Shown piece after piece: positions 57,130 through 64,000 of a stretch of 64,000 bases of DNA (its first letter is position 1; each line of letters begins with the position of its first letter). The stretch comes from Gemmatimonadota bacterium. Lineage in GTDB: Bacteria > Gemmatimonadota > Gemmatimonadetes > Gemmatimonadales > GWC2-71-9. Under the pieces are notes generated by a model. That model was not told the DNA's origin. It saw only the letters and a list, made by a program, of their open reading frames with translations, and searched no databases. The stretch is taken from positions 32,001-96,000 of the forward strand of contig JAZDCY010000014.1 in NCBI GenBank assembly GCA_036679645.1, in the 5' to 3' direction. The position numbers and the translations under genes are program-made.

Positions 57130-58310
57130 GGCGTTGCCTCGAACGCTCCGTGAATCACCTGTTCTCCTTTGTGAACGTGCCACACACCGCGAGCCATCAC
57201 GTCGGTAACGACTAGGGACGCATCGACGACCACGAGGTCGGCGTCCGCACCGGCGGCGAGCTGCCCCTTGCGACGCAGGCGCAGCAGGTCTGCCACGTTG
57301 GACGTGAACGGGGCAAGTACCTGTCCAAGATGGTGCCCCGCCTCGGTAAGCGTTCTGATGGTGTGCATGAGCGCGCCGCTTTTTCCCACGTCGTAGCGGG
57401 TAATGCGGCCATCCGCACCGAACTCGGGAAAGCAGCCGCCAGCATCTGAAGAGACCGTGATGCGGTTTGCGGGTATGTCCGCCCCCGCCCCCGCCCCCGC
57501 CCCCCACAACCGATCGAGCGCCTCCGCCGCCGAACAGCCATCGTCGGGTACGTCAGGCGGCATGCTCGTGATATCGATTGTGACCCCGTGCTGCGTCAGG
57601 GCGGCGGCCTCCTCGAGCAGCGCCTGGCTGCGATTCACGTGAGTGGGATGGAAAACGCTCGCGGGCAGGTCCGATCCGCTCATCGCGCAGCGCACCGGCT
57701 CGAGTCCTCCCTTGCCGTCACCCACGTGCAGATGAAGCGTCCCCGCCTTGCCGGTCATCATCCCTGCCACATGGGCGTCGCTCGCGAGCCGAATGAGCTC
57801 GGTCGTGGTCGGCTGGCTGGACCTGTGATCGCTGATAGCCGTCTCCCCCACACCGATGACGCGATCGACGTGGACGATATCCCCCTGCACGCTTCCCGTG
57901 AGCGTAGTGGGAGGCAGGTGGTAGCCACCCGTATAGCAGAACGCGGTGAGCCCCTCCTCCTCTAGCCCCCGCGCCGCCGCGAGCAACGAGCCGGTGTTCC
58001 GCGTAACGTCGTCCGTACCGAGGAGTCCAACAACAGTCGTGACTCCCGCTCCGGTGAAGCGGGACACGCCAACCGGCGGGACGCGGCTCCGGGCACCCGC
58101 CTCTCCGCCCCCGCCCGTGACGTGGACGTGGCCGTCGATGAGTCCCGGAAACACACGCGCGCCATCGAGGTCGACCTCCGTGACCTCATAAGCATCAGCG
58201 AGGGGTGGGGCCTTCGTCCCGATCCAGGCAATGCGGTCCTCCACGATCAGTAGATCGCACATTCCCAGATGTTCGGGGGCATACGTGTCGGCGTTGCGGA
58301 ACAGGATCAT
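57126..58310 (-). CDS. iadA: isoaspartyl dipeptidase (beta-aspartyl peptidase)
   Basis: PGLIDGHVHVTGGGGE, GLLGTD, GETAISDHRSSQP, HVGDG, PTHVNR, SSDAGG. Confidence 0.93.
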   Translation of the reverse strand: MILFRNADTYAPEHLGMCDLLIVEDRIAWIGTKAPPLADAYEVTEVDLDGARVFPGLIDGHVHVTGGGGEAGARSRVPPVGVSRFTGAGVTTVVGLLGTDDVTRNTGSLLAAARGLEEEGLTAFCYTGGYHLPPTTLTGSVQGDIVHVDRVIGVGETAISDHRSSQPTTTELIRLASDAHVAGMMTGKAGTLHLHVGDGKGGLEPVRCAMSGSDLPASVFHPTHVNRSQALLEEAAALTQHGVTIDITSMPPDVPDDGCSAAEALDRLWGAGAGAGADIPANRITVSSDAGGCFPEFGADGRITRYDVGKSGALMHTIRTLTEAGHHLGQVLAPFTSNVADLLRLRRKGQLAAGADADLVVVDASLVVTDVMARGVWHVHKGEQVIHGAFEATP

Positions 58311-58444
58311 GAGATAGAGAGGCAAATCTAGACACCACACGCTCCCAAAGGGAGAGCGACCGTGCCGCGCGCCGATGCTGCCGGTGGACCGCGTTGGCCC
58401 TGTGAGGGTATTCTCCGTCTCCCGAGCCGGATGCCGGAGGCCTC

Positions 58445-59071
58445 ATGCGTTTGCTGCTATTGATGTTCGCCACGTCGCTCCTCACTGGGCCCCTACCCCT
58501 GGCCGCCCAGGACGAGGAGCTGACATCCCCACCCACCTGGAGAGTACGCCTGGACCGCTCGACCGCGTCCATGGACGATCTGTACTACGTCGACATGCCG
58601 CCTGGGTGGCACGTCACTACCGGTCCCGCCGCGATTCTGTACGACCCGGCTCGAGTCGGTGAGGGCACGTTCACCATCGACGCTGAGATCTTCCAGTTTC
58701 CCACGACCCGGGTGCGGGAGGCGTACGGTATCATCTTTGGTGGCCGGGACCTCGAGGGCGACGGACAGGCCTACGTGTATTTCCTCATCAGGGGCGACGG
58801 TCGCTTCCTCGTGAAGCGGCGCGCGGGAAGTGCAACCGAGACGTTAGTTCCGTGGACGGCACACGAGGTGATCGTTCCGCGCGGTCCGGGTGAGGAGAAC
58901 ATCAAGAATACGCTGCGCGTCGTCGCGGGCGGGGATACCGTCTCCTTCTTCGTGAACGGCACCGAGGTGGGCAGCGTACCGCGAGCGGGCCTCGAGTGTG
59001 ACGGGATTGTCGGTCTCCGCGTGAATCACAGCGTGAACCTGCACGTGACGAATCTCGACGTGACGCAGTAG
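58445..59071 (+). CDS. secreted hypothetical protein (ConA-like beta-sandwich)
   Basis: Signal peptide; MPPGWHVTTGPA; EAYGIIFGG; GIVGLRVNH. Confidence 0.7.
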   Translation: MRLLLLMFATSLLTGPLPLAAQDEELTSPPTWRVRLDRSTASMDDLYYVDMPPGWHVTTGPAAILYDPARVGEGTFTIDAEIFQFPTTRVREAYGIIFGGRDLEGDGQAYVYFLIRGDGRFLVKRRAGSATETLVPWTAHEVIVPRGPGEENIKNTLRVVAGGDTVSFFVNGTEVGSVPRAGLECDGIVGLRVNHSVNLHVTNLDVTQ

Positions 59072-59370
59072 CGACTGGCCGGTGGGTCAGGAAGAAGACG
59101 ACCAACGTGAAAACACGACGCCCGCCCACCCCGCCGACTCGGCGACGGTGGCGCGGGCGTCGGCGCGTCCGTCTACGCCGACACATACCGGCTGCGCGCT
59201 GCCGTGCTCCGCCGCCGTCGTCGACCACTCAGCCGCCAGGCGCCGTAGATGCACGATGGCGCGGGACTCCGTGACGTGATCATACCGCACGATCGGAACT
59301 GGCCGCCGCAACCGGGATGACCGCGGGTGCAGGGCTTCCAACAGTGCCGCGAAGAGCAACCGTGGCAGCA

Positions 59371-61089
59371 CTAGGCAAACTCGGGTGGGTGACGCCGGTG
59401 AAAATCGGTCGCGTCCTGAAACGCCTTTGCGACCGCGAGCACTTGCGCGTCGCCATGCATCGTTCCGATGAACGAGATGCTCGTAGGCGTACCGCTCTCC
59501 CGGAACCCGTTGGGCAGGACGACGCATGGATGCCCGGTGAGATTCGTGATCTGCAGTAGCCTGGGGGCAAACGACGGTGCGATGAACACATCGACGTTGC
59601 CAAACAGATCGTCCATCGCCTCCATCAGCAGCGTGCGGAGGCGATTGGCCTGGATGTACTCGACGGCGGGTACCAGTCGCGACTGCCGGAAGACGTTGGG
59701 CCATGCGCGCCGCTGCTGGCGCACGAGCAAGTCGTCCTGTCCGGTGCGCGTCAGCTCGTCGAACGCGGCCGCTGCCTCGGCGCTCAGGATGAAGCCCATC
59801 GCCTGTGTGGGATACGCATCGTTACTCGGCAGCTCGACATCGACCAGACTAGGTACGAGGGATCGCATCGTCTCGAGCGATTGATCGTCAATCGCTTGCC
59901 ACTCGGCCCCTCTCTCGCCGCGGTCGCGCTCGAATGCGCTCTGCAAGTACCCGATACGGATCCCGGCGGTGCCGGCGGTACCGTCCCAGTTGAACGGGAC
60001 ATCCTTCACGGTCGGATCCTTGCCGTCCGGTCCATGGATCGCGTGCATCACGAGAGCGCAGTCCTCGACGGCGCGGCAGATGGGACCCAGCTTGTCCATG
60101 CTCCACGAGAGCGCCATCGCTCCGGCGCGGCTTACCCAGCCGAACGAGGGCCGGAAACCCGTGGCCCCGCACCGCGTCGACGGGGAGACGATCGAGCCCA
60201 GGGTCTCGCTCCCGATCGAGAAGCCCACTAGCCCCGCCACGGTCGCCGAAGCCGGTCCCGCCGACGACCCGCTCGACCCCTGCTCGAGATTCCACGGGTT
60301 GCGCGTCCGGCCGCCATACCACACGTCACCCCAGGCCAGCGCGCCGAGCGTGAGCTTCGCGACGAGCACCGCACCCGCGTCGTCGAGCCGACTCACGACG
60401 GTGGCGTTATCGTCGATTTGTCGCTCCTCGAACGGTTTCGCGCCCCAGGTGGTCCGATAGCCGGTGGCGGCGAGCAGGTCCTTTGCACCCCACGGAATAC
60501 CATGGAGCGGTCCGCGATAACGGCCGGCGGCGATCTCCCTGTCCGCCTCCCGGGCCATCGTCATCGCCCGTTCCTCGGTCAACTCGATCACGCATTCCAA
60601 CCGCGGCCCGTGAGTCTTGAGCCGGTTCAGGTACATCTGAGTCAGCTGGACCGACGTGACCCGCCGCGTGCGTACCAACTCTGCCAACTCGACAACCGAG
60701 AGAAACGCCAGCTCCTCGAGATTCGCGGTCACGCGGGGCAAGCGCGCCGGGCGGCTCGTCACGAGCGGCGTGCGCTCCGTTGGCAGATTGCGCGGGACGA
60801 CCGGATCGAAGGAGAGCGCGGGTCGCACCTGGTTGGGAATCGAAACCGACCGGAGCCGCTCGTAGGCCTCGAGGTTGTCGTTGAGATCCTCGAGCATGAG
60901 CTCGCGCTCTTCGTCAGTGAAGTCGAGGCCAGCTACCGCCTCAGCGTCGGCGAGCATCTCCTTGGTGATCTCGCCCTCGTCTTGAACGCGTCCCCACAGG
61001 ACGCCGGGGAAGAGCGTCGTGCCGAGGCCAAGACCGGAGAAGTAGCCCATGAAGGCGCGGCGATCGAGATCAGAAGCACGAGGAGGCAT
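59371..61089 (-). CDS. amidase-signature family protein with Tat-like signal
   Basis: DRRAFM; GPLHGIPWGAKDL; GSSGSSAG; GSETLGSIVSP. Confidence 0.92.
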   Translation of the reverse strand: MPPRASDLDRRAFMGYFSGLGLGTTLFPGVLWGRVQDEGEITKEMLADAEAVAGLDFTDEERELMLEDLNDNLEAYERLRSVSIPNQVRPALSFDPVVPRNLPTERTPLVTSRPARLPRVTANLEELAFLSVVELAELVRTRRVTSVQLTQMYLNRLKTHGPRLECVIELTEERAMTMAREADREIAAGRYRGPLHGIPWGAKDLLAATGYRTTWGAKPFEERQIDDNATVVSRLDDAGAVLVAKLTLGALAWGDVWYGGRTRNPWNLEQGSSGSSAGPASATVAGLVGFSIGSETLGSIVSPSTRCGATGFRPSFGWVSRAGAMALSWSMDKLGPICRAVEDCALVMHAIHGPDGKDPTVKDVPFNWDGTAGTAGIRIGYLQSAFERDRGERGAEWQAIDDQSLETMRSLVPSLVDVELPSNDAYPTQAMGFILSAEAAAAFDELTRTGQDDLLVRQQRRAWPNVFRQSRLVPAVEYIQANRLRTLLMEAMDDLFGNVDVFIAPSFAPRLLQITNLTGHPCVVLPNGFRESGTPTSISFIGTMHGDAQVLAVAKAFQDATDFHRRHPPEFA

Positions 61090-61167
61090 CTGGCTTATTC
61101 CGGTTAGAGGAACCTCATACCAATAGGACAATCGTGCTGCGACAACAGCATCGGCGCAAGAGCGAGA

Positions 61168-61197
61168 GAGTGCAGAGTGCAGAGTGCAGAGTGCAGA
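61168..61197. repeat. heptamer tandem repeat (GAGTGCA)x4
   Basis: gagtgcagagtgcagagtgcagagtgcaga. Confidence 0.9.
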
Positions 61198-61218
61198 ACG
61201 GACTTCCGACCTACACGG

Positions 61219-61599
61219 TCACCGGTTGCTTGCGCTCTTCTTGGCAGTTCGGATGCTTGTGACGAATATCGCTGTCAACTCGTCGCATTCTTGGACGATC
61301 TCACTGGTTTCGAGACGCCGTTCGTATACGTAGTCCGCCAGCCGCAACCAAACCGATGTTTCGCGCAGTTCTTTCAGGCAAAGATGCATCTTGTGCGCAA
61401 AATCCCTGGGAGATTCGGCGCCTCGTGCCTCTGCGTAGTTGGCGGCCGGCGACGTAGCTGATCGAACGAGTTGCCTGCTCAGATGCACGCCAACCACATC
61501 TCGCGGAATCCGGCGCATCATCCTGCAAACATTGGCGCTGAACCTTAGTAGTCGGTCTTCGAGCGCCGCTGGTGAGCGACGCGCTGGAGTTCGTAACAT
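61219..61599 (-). CDS. four helix bundle protein (TIGR02436 / 23S IVS protein-like)
   Basis: LEDRLLRF, QLVRSATSPAANYAEA, ESPRDFAHK, LKELRET..WL. Confidence 0.92.
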   Translation of the reverse strand: MLRTPARRSPAALEDRLLRFSANVCRMMRRIPRDVVGVHLSRQLVRSATSPAANYAEARGAESPRDFAHKMHLCLKELRETSVWLRLADYVYERRLETSEIVQECDELTAIFVTSIRTAKKSASNR

Positions 61600-61636
61600 T
61601 CTGCGATCTGCAATCTGCAATCAGTAATCTGCAATC
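61600..61636. repeat. heptamer tandem repeat (TCTGCAA)x~5, inverted relative to 61168-61197
   Basis: tctgcga tctgcaa tctgcaa tcagtaa tctgcaa tc. Confidence 0.85.
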
Positions 61637-61677
61637 ACTCCGACTCACTCGTGATCAAAACTACGCGTCATGAGTCT

Positions 61678-64000
61678 TCAGGACCCATCCCCTCGGGAAA
61701 GCGTCGCCATCCAGTTGAGCACGACGCTCACCGAACGCGGCGCAGATTCATCGACCGTCTTCACGACCAGCAAACTCCCGTTGGGTGCAACGTGCCAGCT
61801 CACCAGGCCTTCTATCCGAGGAAGCGCCTCGGCCCGGCCTACGGTGCCTGTTGCCAGATCGACCGGAGCACGAAAGATCTGTCGCGAGCGCTGGTAGTAG
61901 ATTGCACGGCCGTCGGGAGCCCACTGGGGATTCTCGCCACCGTCGAGCGAAACCCGCTCTCGCCTCGGCCCCCGGTCGAGCGGGAACGGAACGAGATACA
62001 CCTCGTCCCGTCCTGATTCGTTGGACTGGTACGCGATCCAGTCGCCATCGGGAGAGAAGCCGCCTACTCGCTGAGCGCCGGGCCCACCGAGGAACGTGGC
62101 AGCCGTATCGTCCGAAGACGGCGAGAACTTCGCGACCTTCAGGTCGCGGTGCTCATCGTAGAGCAGATACAGACCGTCCGGGGACAACCCACCAGGCCGC
62201 TTGTCGCGGGACGAAGTAATCACTAACTCCTCCGGCGCGCTTGCGTTCGCCACCCGCTTGAAGACATCGAACTGTGGCACATCCCGCCGATATACTACCT
62301 CGCGCGAGTCAGGCGTCCAGATCAACCAATTTTCGATCTGCTCACTATTGGTAAGCCGCGTAAAAAAGCGCCGCGAGAGATCGAACGTCCAGACATCACC
62401 GTCGCGCACGACCGCCAGCTGTGTTCCGTCTGGAGACGGCACCGCCTCCCGATACCGGGCGGCCGAGTCGACCGCTGGTCTTTCGACACCTGCGTCGTCG
62501 ATCCATCGAATGGCACGATCCGCCGAGCCGGCTTTCAGATAGGCGAGTGTCCCGTCTCCGCCAAGAGCGAAAGCCGCGGAGCCGCTCGTGGGAGTGAATA
62601 GCACATCCTGAAGCACGGGAGCCGGGGTTCCCGCCGTTTCCATGCGACGGAGGTCGAACAGCACGGCCATTATGGCCGATCCGCGCATGAAGAAGAGGTA
62701 GCCATCCGCGTACCGTCCGAAGTAACCACCCTCCTGAATGACGGTGCGTTTGCCACTCTCGAGCGAGAGGACCTCGAGCCAGGAACGATCCGCCGGCGTC
62801 GTGAAGTTGGTGAACAGCACGTGGTCGCCATCCGGGAGCACCTGCGGCCACCAGTGACCCAGGCGGCCCTGCTCCCGCTCGGGTCGGGTCAGCTCGGTCG
62901 TATCCCGGCCTTCTGCCGAAACGCGCCAGAGACCGTCATCATAGTCCGGCGTATAGATCACGGCTTCGCTGCCAAGCCACGCAAGGTGCCCCCAGGCAGC
63001 GCGACTCAGCGCGATGCGCGCTCCGCCAGCGACGGGCGTCTTGTAGAGGGTCCCGTCGGTGCTGAAGGCAAGCCACCGACTATCTGCCGAGAAGGCCACG
63101 TTACCGGTCACGCCCTGGGTTTCCGGCACGATGTAGACCGAATCCTCATCGAGATTCCGCATCAGCACGTGCTTGACGCCATCGACCTCGGCGGTCAGCG
63201 CAAGCGTGCGGCCGTTCCGGCTCAACGCAACCTGATTCTCTCCGACAAGGGGCGTCCCGGGCGGTAGGACCACTGATAGTCGTGTTGTAAGTGGAAACAG
63301 GGAGCGCTCGGCGGATCGAAATGCCAGCATCAACGTCACGATGGCCAACAGCCCCGCGACTCCCCACGCGATGGCAGGGCGACGCCAAAACGGTACCTCG
63401 ATCGCGCGCGATTGCACCGATCCGTCTCCGAACGTGGCCAGCGGTCCCGCACCGGCGTGGGCCAATGCGTCGGCGAATGCCGCGGCGTCGGAAAACCGAT
63501 CCGCGGGAAGCTTCTGTAGTGCAGCGTGCACCGCCACGGCTACGTGGTCGGGTACGGTCTTGCGCAGTGTTCGCACCGGTTCCGGCTCGGACGCCAGCAC
63601 CTTGGCCACGATTGCCTGTGCCGTGGGGCCGGTGAAGGGCGGTTCGCCCGTCAACATCTCGTACAGCGTGGCACCCAGCGCGTACACGTCACTCCGCGCA
63701 TCCAGGTCCCGCTCCCCCATGGCCTGTTCGGGACTCATGTAGTGCGGCGTGCCGAGTGACATGCCCGTCTCGGTCATACGCGTGCCCCCCGCACTGCTCG
63801 CTGCCAGCGCAATCCCAAAATCCGCGACGAGCGCCTGTCCGTCGTGCAGCAGGATGTTCTCGGGCTTGATGTCGCGGTGGATGATGTCCTTGCGGTGCGC
63901 GTAGTCGAGCGCTGCCGCTACTTCCGTCGCGATGCGCAGGGCGTCGGCGATCGGCAGTTGTTTCTCGCGATCGAGCCGGTCACGCAGCGACTCGCCCTCG
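61678..64000 (-). CDS. Ser/Thr protein kinase with TM and TolB-like (PD40) beta-propeller; 5' end outside window
   Basis: IIHRDIKPENILL, DFGIA, GTPHYMSPEQ, DARSDVY; C-terminal FSPDG repeats. Confidence 0.92.
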   Translation of the reverse strand, partial: EGESLRDRLDREKQLPIADALRIATEVAAALDYAHRKDIIHRDIKPENILLHDGQALVADFGIALAASSAGGTRMTETGMSLGTPHYMSPEQAMGERDLDARSDVYALGATLYEMLTGEPPFTGPTAQAIVAKVLASEPEPVRTLRKTVPDHVAVAVHAALQKLPADRFSDAAAFADALAHAGAGPLATFGDGSVQSRAIEVPFWRRPAIAWGVAGLLAIVTLMLAFRSAERSLFPLTTRLSVVLPPGTPLVGENQVALSRNGRTLALTAEVDGVKHVLMRNLDEDSVYIVPETQGVTGNVAFSADSRWLAFSTDGTLYKTPVAGGARIALSRAAWGHLAWLGSEAVIYTPDYDDGLWRVSAEGRDTTELTRPEREQGRLGHWWPQVLPDGDHVLFTNFTTPADRSWLEVLSLESGKRTVIQEGGYFGRYADGYLFFMRGSAIMAVLFDLRRMETAGTPAPVLQDVLFTPTSGSAAFALGGDGTLAYLKAGSADRAIRWIDDAGVERPAVDSAARYREAVPSPDGTQLAVVRDGDVWTFDLSRRFFTRLTNSEQIENWLIWTPDSREVVYRRDVPQFDVFKRVANASAPEELVITSSRDKRPGGLSPDGLYLLYDEHRDLKVAKFSPSSDDTAATFLGGPGAQRVGGFSPDGDWIAYQSNESGRDEVYLVPFPLDRGPRRERVSLDGGENPQWAPDGRAIYYQRSRQIFRAPVDLATGTVGRAEALPRIEGLVSWHVAPNGSLLVVKTVDESAPRSVSVVLNWMATLSRGDGS

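Noticed and set aside
59075..59370. Small ORFs between the secreted protein and the amidase
   Set aside because: No convincing start, RBS or motif in any frame I examined
24788..61636. Tandem repeats as CRISPR arrays
   Set aside because: Units of 7-12 bp without unique spacers; no cas genes

Overview
GC-rich bacterial window, probably Gemmatimonadota (inferred from the 'LRAALADRY..GRGGMA' Ser/Thr kinase N-terminus and the overall gene repertoire). Contents in order: 3' end of gltA; a TIGR03545/TIGR03546-like pair; an ADP-forming acyl-CoA synthetase with an in-frame TAG; a B12 radical SAM gene beside tRNA-Thr(CGT) and tRNA-Leu(GAG); rocD; egtD; a c-di-GMP-I riboswitch ahead of a hybrid histidine kinase; peptidases (S8, serine hydrolase-VanX fusion, M55, M28); cytochrome P460; a K+ channel / cNMP-domain Na+/H+ antiporter / K+ channel trio; an anaerobic benzoyl-CoA dearomatisation operon (tetR-oah-SDR-dch-bcrCBAD-orf-had); a cyanophycin operon (iadA-cphB-cphA plus a CphA-like protein lacking the ATP-grasp); an amidase; a four-helix-bundle gene framed by inverted heptamer repeats; and a partial kinase. 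The best candidate for an undescribed system is a ~7.3 kb islet (44.5-51.8 kb) bounded by a diverged 70-bp duplication of the neighbouring gene's 3' end. It encodes a thioredoxin-fold CxxC protein, a secreted 8-Cys peptide with CS-alpha-beta (defensin/short scorpion toxin) spacing, a lipoprotein, a TonB-dependent receptor and an outer-membrane barrel. Several genes carry short internal deletions or frameshifts, which may be assembly artefacts. All family assignments come from motif recognition; no searches were run.
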